DNA of 64,000 nt from Octopus sinensis (taxonomy: Eukaryota). Positions 52,356 through 64,000 of this stretch are shown piece by piece. The stretch lies in the NCBI RefSeq assembly GCF_006345805.1, contig NC_043001.1, positions 7,068,001 to 7,132,000 on the forward strand, written 5' to 3'. Under the pieces are notes generated by a model. That model was not told the DNA's origin. It did not search any database and saw only the letters and a list, made by a program, of their open reading frames with translations. Positions within the stretch are counted from its first letter, which is position 1; every line of letters starts with the position of its first letter. A program made the translations under genes and the position numbers.

Positions 52356-52593
52356 ATATATATATAAGAAATATTGAATTTCTAAATCTCTCGTAGAGAC
52401 ATTTACGGTAGTGGGGCGATAGAATGGTTGCATACTGTCAATCTAACAAGAACGTGACAGTAGGGGGTACACCACCGCTGTATAGCCCTAGAAAGCACCG
52501 AACGCCTCCTGATAGCTTTGACACATTTTTTCCCTGTGTCCTTATATACATATACGAAGGGCAGGCAAACACCCCCGGCCGCCGGAACTGCAT

Positions 52594-52637
52594 CTAGGGA
52601 TACCGTGTTTCAGGATCGTTGTCCTTCATCGGCCTAG
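52594..52637 (-). ncRNA. Degenerate type-I hammerhead-like motif
   Basis: Reverse complement CTAGG-CCGATGA-AGGA-CAACGA-TCCT-GAAA-CACGGTAT-C-CCTAG: perfect stems I and II, with U4C and one helix III mismatch. Confidence 0.6.
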
Positions 52638-53735
52638 AGTAGCAGACACCGGTCAGCTGGTGATATTTGCCTCGACTTCGTAATTGTATATATGTATACT
52701 CAGTGAAGTCCATTCACTGATTATCAAAATGAGAAATATTGAATATATATATATATATATGAATGTACGTTGTATATGCGTGTATGTAAGCGTATATATA
52801 CATATATAATCCTATCTCTCTATACATGTGTGTGTGTGTGTAAGTCTGTCTCAGACAATATAATTCTTAAACATATTATTTAGAAGTGACTTTGAAGTTT
52901 ACGCCAAGAAAGCAGAACAAAAAATGAATTAGAGTATCACCTCTGATTAATGTAAGATTATTTTACAACTAAACAAGAACAAAAATTAGTACGTGTTCAT
53001 TTACACATAAGCGCATGCGTGCACACACAGATAAACATATATTCATTTACGCGCTTCAACCATTCGACTACGGCCATACTTCAGCACCACCTTAAAATGG
53101 TTTTAGCCGAAGAAATCGACACTAAGACATTCATTTTAAGCCTAGTTCTTATTATATCGGTCTGTTTGGCCCAACTGCTAAGATACCGGGGCACTAAACA
53201 CAGATACAACGACACAATCACACCCCCACATTCACAGTGACACACACACACGCAAACACACACACACACACACACATATATGTATATATATATATATATA
53301 TATATAACGGGATTCTTACAGTTTCTGTGTGGCAAAGCCACTCCGAATCTTAGTTCGTCTCGAGGCTATAGCAGAAAACACTTCAGTAAGGTGCCATGCT
53401 GTGAGACTGAACCCAGAACCAGGTGGTGTGCAAGCAACACAGCAACATGTATTACCAATAAATACGAAGTAGAAATTCATGCTTGAATCTTTGCTGAATC
53501 TGCATGGCATTAGTGAAGCACTCAATTATAAGAGCACCACGTCTTTTAGTGGAAACATGAGTTAGCTAAGGAAGTTCAGAAGATAATCGCATATTCCATT
53601 GCCGTCTCTTTCCTTAGCACGGCTTTGTACTGACGAACGCTTCGTTCAGAGTAATACGGATATTGAGTTCTACATGTAGTTATTACGGTCAGAACGACTA
53701 AATCAAGCATACGCAGGCGTGCTCAATACACACAT

Positions 53736-53930
53736 TTACTTGTTTCAGCCATTTGACTTTGGCCATGCTGGAGCACTCCCTTTAGTCAAGCAAACCAACC
53801 CCAGGACTTATTTTTTGTAAGCCTAGTACTTATTCTATCGGTCTCTTTTGCCGAACCGCTATGTTACGGGGACATAAACACACCAGCATCAGTTGTCAAG
53901 CGATGCTTTAGGGACAAACACAGACACAAA
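53736..53930 (-). mobile_element. CORE-like SINE 3' half (older copy at about 53035-53440)
   Basis: TACTTGTTTCAGCCATTTGACT.TGGCCATGCTGGAGCA..GCCGAACCGCTA.GTTACGGGGAC. Confidence 0.8.
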
Positions 53931-53986
53931 AATACACACACACACACACACCCACACACACATTGATCGGTTATCGCTTCTTTTGT

Positions 53987-54065
<79 letters not shown>

Positions 54066-55499
54066 TACTGTTCCGTGACGGTACGATAAGCAAGAAGAGT
54101 ACACCCTCTGGTGACGGATTGAATATAATTTAATAAGCAAAATATATGTTTTTTATGTGCTACTATTAGTTTCATATGTGGATTACATGCCAGGCATTGT
54201 TTTAAAATGCTTGTAACATCTCGGCACTGTCTTCAGTCACAGCCCACATGCTATAACGAACTAAAGACGGTAAGCTATTAGAAAGGAATAAAGCGAGAAT
54301 GAAGTATATAGAAAAAGTGGGAAGTTGAAAAAGTAAAAAAAGCGTATACACACACATACACATACACACACACACACTTGCATATATCAATCATATATAT
54401 GAGTGTAAGTGTGTATGTGTGTGTGAATTTGTGTATATATGTGAACATGTCGAACACGATATTCACAACTCGCTTGTTAATTCGCATAGTTTACTTCCTG
54501 GGTATTCTACATTTACTAAGAATTTGTATCCTGCTATGGACAGAACTCGAACCCAAATAGTCATGCTTTCGTCTACCGATACATTTACATTTGTATATTT
54601 ATACACTTCGTTTAGCCTTACTTATTTTTGAAGCGTTTTTGCCTCTACTCACGTTTCTTCACCTCTGGAGAATACAAAATTTTCTTCTGATACCTTGTAA
54701 TATGTCACTGTTTGTCAGGCATACAACACTTCCTGCATATAAAATGTAAACAAAGTGGAGTTTTTTATGGGCAAGCATTAAATTCTGATTTACTATTGTA
54801 TTTGAAAATACTTGTGGAGGAATCTTTTATATAAAATATATTGTAAAAATTGTATAAATAAATGGAAGTTTTGTGTGATAACTATATATGCATCAATCTA
54901 AAAACTACATTATAAAGTGAAAAGAAAAGTGAAAGATGTGTGTGAGAGAGAGAGAGGGGGATCCACGAGTAAATCTTTAATAAGGTACTATTCCATCGGA
55001 TTTTATTTAAGACATATATACAAGCGAATGGAATATGAGGAAATAAAAAAACATAAAGGAATAATAAACTAGAAATGAAGACGACTGAGACCGAAAGAAA
55101 GAAAAGATAATAAGTTTACAGAAGAAAGAGAAAGAGACAAGGAATAGATAATAATAATAAACTGAAATGGCTAAATTGATTTTGCGTAGAAGTGCGAAAT
55201 AAGATACGGAATGTAAAAGAAGACAATCATAAGACTCAAAATTGTTTGTACACTAGAGTTGGAATTGGGAACTGTTTGAATGCTAGTGAATAGTTAAGTA
55301 TTAACCCACCAAATACGGCACTAGTTAACAATTATGGAAGATATGGAATATACAGCTATGGGCAGTTAAATGCGCCTTGGTTAATGCATAAGAACGCCCA
55401 TCGTAAGGATGAACAAAGTGCAATGTACACAAACAGACTGGACGGATGGAAAGAATCTGCTAAGATCTTATATATCTTTTCTACTTGAAGCAAGAATAA

Positions 55500-56600
55500 A
55501 GAAAACTAATAAAAACCCAAGAAACTAATAACAACAATTGCTAGACATGACATTTACAAAATACACAAGATACAAAGAATACACAGATTGAAGTCCTCAA
55601 CCAAATTCTACAATAAAAAAAATCAAACATTTGGCAAGATACAAAACAAAAACAAAAACGATCAACATTCCATAAACAAAACGTTCTTTTCAAGGACAAC
55701 ACAAAAATGTCTAAAGCTAACTGGGGGAACATACCATTATTGTGAAAACACCTCCTTCCCAGCAGCAAACTGAAGATTTTTGGAAAGAAACATTTGGAGT
55801 AATCCAATGGTGTTTAATCAGAATACACATTTGGTCAGGGACACATAAAAGACCAATGCTCCCTTCAAATATCAAGAATGGCAGGATATAACAACTGAAG
55901 AAGTGAAAATGGCGCTCGCCATGTCAAAGAAATGGAAATCCCCAAGTTTAGATAAGTTACCCAATTTTTGGCTAAACTTTTTAATGAGCGCCCACCACAA
56001 CTTAGCTCTAGCACTCAAGTCATGTCCAACCTTGCAAAATCTCCAAAGTAGCTTACAGAACTACGAACCCCACAAAATACCGACCTATAACATGCCTCAC
56101 CACTATATATAAACTAGTAACTGATGTACCCGGTAATTCCTGGAAAAGCGGGGCTTATACTCTGGTCCAGATCTCATAATTGTTTCATTAATTAACTAGC
56201 AACAATACAAAGTTATTCATTTTATTTTGCTTTTGCATTTACAGAGAATAACGAACCGTTTTATTTAGGATCTTGTTTTTAGGAAATCACATAAGTTATG
56301 AATACCAAGAGTGAAAGTTACGTAATAACAGGCAACTTTGTTACTCGATAGTAACAATTCAAATAACGTAATGATAATGGGAACACGGAGTAAAAATCTT
56401 GGGAAGTAGATGGAACAAATAAGAGATGCTATATGGGTGGACCACATGCAGAAAACAGCACTGCTTAGAACCGCTCTAATACTCCGGATGGTGCTCGGAA
56501 AATGAGGGTTGTTATCTTGTTCAGTGGTCGTGCACGGGTGGCACCATAGAACATCTACAATGTTAGAAGCTGTGCAAAGTCAATAAATAATAATGATGAT
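55500..56600 (+). pseudogene. Internally deleted R4/Dong-clade LINE remnant with C-terminus and (AAT)n tail
   Basis: EDFWKETF, ITTEEVKMALAMSKKWKSPSLDKLPNFWLNFL; C-terminal MQKTALLRTALILRMVLGK* (stop at about 56503); (AAT)n from 56581. Confidence 0.75.
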
Positions 56601-57002
56601 GTTGATGATGAAGATGATGACGCTGATGGTGATGATGATGATAATAATAATAATAATAATAAAAACAACAACAACAACAGCAATAATAAAAATAATAAGG
56701 AGGAGGAATTACAACCGTGTTTCGTGATCTGCTACCACAACAGCTCCTTTATAAGATCTAGTTAGCTCATGACATCATCAGGAAGAACCACGTCCAGTTT
56801 CGGCTCCTATTCCTCTAACGTTTTGACGTGGCGCCCCACCCCCTTTCAGAGGTGTCTTCAGCTCTGAAGTTGGGTGCATGTCTTCCTTCTTCTGCTCCCT
56901 GGCCTCTTCGATGTAGCGTCAACGTGTGTCATTCGGCGACTAATAATAATAATAATAATGATAATAATAATAATAATAACAATAATAATAATAATAATAA
57001 TA

Positions 57003-57037
<35 letters not shown>

Positions 57038-57059
57038 TAATAATAATATCAACAACAAC

Positions 57060-60010
57060 AAGCGAATTATCCCTAAGTTTGAAATACTACAAAAGCAAAT
57101 GTTTCTAGCAATGAATATATCAAGTAAAGAAATATCTGTCTGTCAGGCTCATGAAATTGCGGTACGAGAAACGTTTTTCCTTCAATGCACTCGGAGGCGG
57201 AGTTACCTCAGAACGTTAACGATCAACTTATAGATCAATTCCCTTCCGCCAATGTCCAATTTCCTCTTTGCCAAATAACAGCAAAGCAAAATTCACAGCG
57301 GATCGCTTCTCACTAGAATCAACAGGGTCAGTACCGCCCAGTGAGTGACCAGACTGGGAGTGAACAATCAGCTACTGGTTCAAATCTTCTCGAAATTCAG
57401 AAGCTGGTAGCACCACATAACTGGAATATTCCAACTTATAGCCATCCAAGCTCATCATCAAATTGTCAAACGAAAACGCATGAAATGTGCTCCGAGACCA
57501 TCTATTTTGCCATGTATTTTCCCACAAATAAATCCAATACTAAAAAAAACTACCTAAATTGTAGAGAGAAGCATCCTGAAACATGATCTTACAGAGATAG
57601 TAACAAGCTTGCCACCATTGTAAAGAAACATTATTCTGAATTGGAGATTACCCAGATTAAACAACCAGTAAATCCTAAAAGAAACGAAGATGCAGCGAAA
57701 GATATTTATGTACAAAGAATTATAGACCAATTCATTAGCTCTGATGAAAACACAGTAATTACAGAAAAAAAGCCAATGTAAATGTAAAGCAAAGTGAAAT
57801 AATTTCTGATCCATCCATAAATATCAAGGAAAATGAAAATCAAAGAGAAATTCACTCAACTTGATATGATGATCTAAAAAATCAAACCATGATTGAATGG
57901 CTGGTCCCAAAAATTCGCAACTCTAACGAAAGCCTGAAAGTAACTGGTAAAATGAACCTTGCCCTGAAAGATATAATTTCAGCTAATGATTTTGATATTA
58001 CAAGTATCAAACACTTGCATTATGCATCTGATAAGATCTCAAACAGTCTGTGTTGTGACAAATTTAGGAAACGAAAACATTCTGAAAAATGTGTATTTGA
58101 CAATAGCAAATCCAACAAAGAATTAACTTATTTAGGTCTGATATACAATGACTAAAAAAAAGACCCCAAATCTGAGAAGAATATGAAGCAAAAACAATCC
58201 TAAAATTAAAGAAAATATGTAATATGGAATCCATACTTGACATCGATACCATTATAGAAACGAGGAAGCCAAAGTTACCTGACAGGGCTGCCTGCTTAGC
58301 ACGGTATAAGAATCTCGCTAGGTTTTTCAAGTACAAAGGTATGTTTAAAAATAATCCAAAACTTTTTAGAGGAAGATAAGTAAAGTATTAGTCACAGTAA
58401 AATGTGTCCCATCAAAAGTAGTGCAAGAATTCTGCAGTAAAATTTGGGCAGAAGAAAAATTGATTGATAGAATATCTACTTAATCAGCATCCCTCGAACA
58501 GCACGAGTGAGAGGGTGTTAAGGTAGCGAATTAAATATCTGCTTCCTGGAAACCAAGCGAATGGATGTATCCGGGAAAGGATTAATTTCCTAACTTCTGG
58601 TTGAATGCTTCTTTAGAAAGTCATGAAGCACTGACTAGACTTTACAACAATGTTTTGCAGTAGACAAATATGATTCCCTCCTGTTCTCTTGGTTAGTTAA
58701 TCGTGCTACATCTCTACATCCTAAAAATGTGGAAACAAATGAAGCAAAAAATTATAGACCCATAACCTGTTTAACAACGATGTGCAAGGTATCAAAATCT
58801 GTTTTCACGGAATCCACCTATAGCATCTTACCAGGAAATGAAATATTCTCTGATGAGCAAGAAAAATGTAAACGCGGGTTCTATGGTTTCAAAGATTGGT
58901 TTCTGACCAATAAGAAAATTTGGAAGATTGTCACAAACAGCACAAGAACCAATCAATAGCTTGGATAGACTATAAGTAACGCTTTTCATAATCTATCACG
59001 TAACTGGTTTGAGAAATATCTGCAAATTTATAAAATAACTCCCCATCGAAACTTCCTCTTTATGAAATCATAGACAATTCGTAGTTACGAAATCATGGAA
59101 AGCTACACGGACTCTGAATAGTGAGAATGAATTTGAAAGCTAAGGATGTAAGAATTTCATGTGGGATTTTCCAAAGTGATTATCTTTTGTCCAGCCTTAA
59201 TACCTCTTTCGAAATTGGTGGATGAAGCACAATGTGTCTATAGAAGTTTTGAGAAATATATAAATCAGCTCCTTTGCTCGGACAATATAAAGCTTTTGGC
59301 AAGATTGATCAGCAATTACAGGGCTTACTAGCAATTGTCAAACAGTTCAGTGATGGTATTAGCCCTCGATAAATCTACAAAAGCAACATTTATCAGAGGA
59401 AAAATGACAGAAAGGTTCAACGTTAAAGTTGACCAACAGAATATTATAAAGGATTTAGAACAAGAGGAATATCACAAATACTTAGGGATACATGAATGTG
59501 AAGGGATTAAACATTCAATGATAAGGCAAAGGAACAGAAAAGAATGTCATTGCAGGTTAAGGGCAACACACGAGGCAGAAATACAAGATCGAAGCAATTA
59601 ATTCTTTAGCTATACATATCGTGACTTGCAGTTACAATATTATTAGATTGTCAATTACTGAAATATATAAACTTGACCGAAAAGTTCGAAAAATGTTGGA
59701 AATGAATAGAATGCATCGCCCTAAGGTAAATGTCGAACGAATTTACTTGCCAAGAAAAGAGGGCAACTGTGGATTCTTAAAGCTTGAATTAATACGGAAG
59801 ATTGCCACAATTAGCCAAGACGCTTATTTGAAAAATTCCGATGATTGCATGCTAAAACCTGCCTCAGAGCACGGAAAGAAGAAAACCGCATACTTAGTAA
59901 CAAAACAGAAAAAGGAACATTTAAGTGAATTCAAAATGCAGAAAATTTCGAAATTAGATGTACGAGAAACAAGCACAGAGTAAGCCAAACGTATGAAAAC
60001 ATCAAAGTGT
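57060..60010 (+). pseudogene. Decayed R4/Dong-clade non-LTR retrotransposon (N-terminal region and RT; 3'-truncated)
   Basis: KNYRPITCLTTMCK, EQEKCKRG, IAWIDY, YKYLGI, DRKVRKMLEMNRMHRPKVNVERIYLPRKEG; many stops and frameshifts; starts right after an (AAT)n array. Confidence 0.85.
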
Positions 60011-61184
60011 AACCATTACTATATTGTTTCCATTTTCAAACTTCTTGCGTCCCGAGAGTATCTCAACAGCGGCACAGTAGGTTCACTGAGTAATCCGAAA
60101 GGACCTGGACTAGTCCCATGATATCTAAAAAGACACAGCAATTTTAGCTAAACATATTAAGCAACACTAATACTAAATCAAAATCGATAAAAGTAAACAA
60201 TCTTTTGATGGTTTTATAAATCCTAACCCTAAGTTTTTTCATTGTTTTGCCCACCACCCGTATAATAACAAAAATAAATCACGGTTGAAATGCTTACTGC
60301 TATGATATTTACAAGTAGGTATAAACGTTTACCGGACGTAGTTATATCTAAATAGAAAAGTATATTAGGTATATATCTACGAAGGGAAAAGGAACTGGAA
60401 AGATTTGAAATGAAATGGAAAAAAATATTTGATTGATTAAGTTAAGATATGAGAAAGATATGTGTAAAGAATAAAACAAAGTCAAAGATAGAGGGATTCT
60501 GGTTAGGAGAGATGAAGAGAGGAATTAGAAAGGAGAAAAATTAAGGAACACCGATTAATTATTTGAGGTTTTTGTTTGTATATTTTTGTAGTCCAATGGA
60601 ATAATTTAAAACTGGTTCCAACATTGTTTTACGGAAAATCCACTTGATATTTCGTTCTCAGCAATTTGTCCTCTCAGTGTGTTCGCTATTGTCTATACTG
60701 TTATTGAGCTTCTTCTCATACAATCATTGTTTTGCGTTATTTCCTTGCTTATATCGATTTGCGCTTCGTTCCGCTGTATTTCTGCAATTTAATCTTTTTC
60801 CTTACGAAAAAAATAAAAACGAAATTTTTCTTCTGCTTTATTTTGAAGCACATCGGTATTACCATCTTTATCAACACAACACTACTGACATTTAAAGGGA
60901 ATATCAGACGATTCCATTCGAAAAATATCGAAGTAATAATAAAACGTTCAGATGCTATACTTTCGAGGAAGTCCTAAGTAGTTGCATATCGTGGAATCAA
61001 ACATTCCTTGAAAAACTTAGCCGAAAACCCAACGGACAATCATAATATAAGAAAAACATCGTTTTACAGGAAAAGAAAACACAAGTCTCAAATTTTCGGT
61101 GATGAGCATTATATATATATATTTGATGCACTATGCAAGATCTATTCTCTGTGGAAGTGTTTATATATATAATATATATATATA

Positions 61185-61234
<50 letters not shown>

Positions 61235-61589
61235 TGTATATACATATTTATACAGCGTAACCTTCACGCAACGCCAAAATAAAGAACTTTATTTCACCAA
61301 AAAATTTAGACCAAGTTTGAACACCTTGGGCCAGGAATATTAAAACAAAACATTGGTCCTCCGAAAAAGAGAAACGAAATTCTACCACAACCACTACGAC
61401 TGCCCCAACTCGCACTACTACTACAACCACCGTGGTCACTGTTGCTACGGCCACAGTGAGAGAATTATAATAATGGAGGTGGGGCGAATTACAATTTCTC
61501 AGATCCTTAAACAGTCACTCACGCTCACAGTGATATGTCTTAGGGAAGGAAAAATTCATAAAAAGATATCTTTCTCTACGAGCAGATCT

Positions 61590-61920
61590 AATCCTGATTC
61601 GTTAAAAAACTGATGACGTATTACCTCAGTGGTCAAGCTATTGTCACCCTGCTTGGTCGGTTTCCCCACACTATACAGCTATGGGTCAGACCCGATTCTG
61701 ATTGGTCAAAACATTGATGACGTCTCGTTCTGCTGGACTAGCCACCTAACAGGATACAGTCATGGGTCAGATCTAATTCGTCAAAAAAATGATGACGTAT
61801 TTCTCCCGTGGCCAAACTGTCGTTCCGCTTGGTTGGTTTCCTAAGAGGATACAGTTAGGAGTATTTTCACTATATTCGTTGAGACTGGGTTTTGATTGGT
61901 TTGGAACTATATGACGTCAG
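61590..61920. promoter_or_regulatory. Four degenerate direct repeats each carrying an ATF/CRE-like TGACGT, two with an upstream inverted CCAAT (GATTGG)
   Basis: TGACGT at 61614, 61718, 61793 and 61912 (TGACGTCA); GATTGG about 18 nt upstream in units 2 and 4, GATTCG or AATTCG in units 1 and 3. Confidence 0.35.
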
Positions 61921-62322
61921 TGAAAAGTGCAAGTGACCACAGCTTAGCTGAGCTGATATAAATCCAGCAATCACAAAATTCACCAAAATTATGCGAGCAG
62001 ACACCGACCAAAAATCCTTACTGTTTCTCCCATTGGAACACAAGGTAAAATCCAAAATGAACTCCTCGCCTTTTCAAGAACATGAATTTTTTATATTTGA
62101 CTCTATTGAATATTATATATGAATTTTTTATATTTGACTCTATTGAATATATGTCACAATTATGAACTATTACATCATATTCTTTAAACATATAGCATGG
62201 ACTCTCTTTATTATATATAATTTTTTTTGATAAGGTTCGTCATTTCAAGAACCGAAACGTGTTAAATTTAAATTTAAATTTGTCTAATATAGCAGCATTT
62301 TCAAACTTCATTTTTTACAAAT

Positions 62323-62390
<68 letters not shown>

Positions 62391-62944
62391 ATACATATAT
62401 ATATATATATACATACATATAAGAAATCTCTGAGCGAAACAGTAGCTGAACGACACCGTGAAGTATATTTGCTACCTATATGTGGCTAACCCCCAACGGT
62501 TGATTCTACTGTAGCTTGTAGCTCCAGGAAGACATCTCCTCCATCTGGCTATTGACACACTATCTGTGCCATATCAAAATTTACAAAGGAAATCATATAT
62601 GAAAACAAAATATGAATTCATATTGGAATTTACATAAAACAAACAGAAAGCATTTCTACCATTTTCCTTGGATAATGGTGCTGCAAATATAACATCTACA
62701 TACGTTCTTATTATTATTTATATATTCATTCTCCTATTTCTCTATATACACCTTAGTTGCTGCCTTTTCCAGAATAACTTCTCATATTGAACTCTAATAT
62801 TTCCCTTTCTTTAATCATCTCACATCCTTCCTTCTTTATGAATGTCCTGAAAACCCCGCACACCCTTGGGCATGTTTCCTCATTCTATTTACCGAAGAGG
62901 ATAATCCATGAGAAAAAAAAACATACATACATGTTCGCACACAA

Positions 62945-63011
<67 letters not shown>

Positions 63012-63382
63012 GGTGTGCGCGTTTGTTTGTGTGCGTGTCTGTCTGTGCCTGTCTCTGTATGTGCTTGCGTATGTGTAAGCGTACGTATGTTATTTGTATG
63101 TGTACATTTAAATAAACTCAAAGCCATATATGGTCGCATAAATTTACGCCACGTCCATATGTGTGATAGTAAATACTTCTTTGTTTAACTCATGGATCCA
63201 GTTGCGAAAAATTTACTTCGCTAAATATCATGTTTATTTAAAGCAATTAACGTCAGATAAATCTTTCCGTATTGTGTTAGGCGAATATTTACGTACGTAA
63301 CACTATATGCATACAAACACCCATCCACACACACACACATATACATACAGACAAACCTATGAACACACACATATGCACACGC

Positions 63383-63472
<90 letters not shown>

Positions 63473-63483
63473 ATATATATATC

Positions 63484-63579
<96 letters not shown>

Positions 63580-63580
63580 G
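63383..63580. repeat. (TCTA)n(TA)n microsatellite
   Basis: Read directly. Confidence 0.95.
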
Positions 63581-64000
63581 TGCTTCAGTATGGAGAGAGA
63601 AAAAGATACAGAAAGTGAAAGGGGGATAGAAAATGTGAGAGAGAAGCACAGAAATAGCTAAATGTTAATTAAGAGATAAGGTCATTGACTGCAAATCTTA
63701 TTCAAGAGTGAATACATGCAAATTATGTTGCTTTACTGCTAAACCTAACGAACAATATAATTTGTCAACTAAGATTTCAGAGAAAATTTCTTTTATGTAA
63801 AATATTTTAGCGAACATTGAACCTACTTATGCGTTACGAAATAAGCTGTTCTGAAATTGTCGAACATCAAATAAAGTTCTTCATTGTTTAATTGTTTAAA
63901 TATATCTGTGTTTTAACACGGTACATGTGGAGCTAACTATAAAGCTAGACATGAAATTTTTACCTCACACTCACAAAGTCTATTATTTTTGAAATTATGA

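Noticed and set aside
56813-56866. Hammerhead-like string CTGAAGA..CGTCAAAACGTTAGAG on the minus strand
   Set aside because: G12 is missing and stem I cannot pair; too degenerate to count.

Overview
This is AT-rich, microsatellite-saturated eukaryotic non-genic or intronic DNA. The SINE families and repeat landscape point to a cephalopod (Octopus-like) genome, which is an inference. No host protein-coding gene can be supported; nearly all ORFs in the supplied track are translated microsatellites. Recognisable content: (i) about 25 tRNA-derived SINE copies from several families; (ii) five Penelope-like element (PLE) remnants, two of them large with inverted or partial-tandem pseudo-LTR architecture and GIY-YIG (with or without RT) coding remnants; (iii) decayed mariner, maT/Tc1-like, Helitron/Helentron-like, CR1 and R4/Dong elements; (iv) a 5S rRNA-derived copy with a SINE-type tail; (v) a probable false 2-kb duplication across a 100-N gap. 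The most striking unexplained layer is a set of 13 minimal type-I hammerhead-ribozyme-like motifs from about six sequence families. These include compensatory U3-A8 and A3-U8 variants of the catalytic C3-G8 pair, a 312-nt tandem dimer resembling a retrozyme, and a tRNA-headed, microsatellite-containing, hammerhead-tailed element with a PLE-style inverted end (a candidate PLE-mobilised SINE). All coordinates were read by eye and may be off by a few bases.
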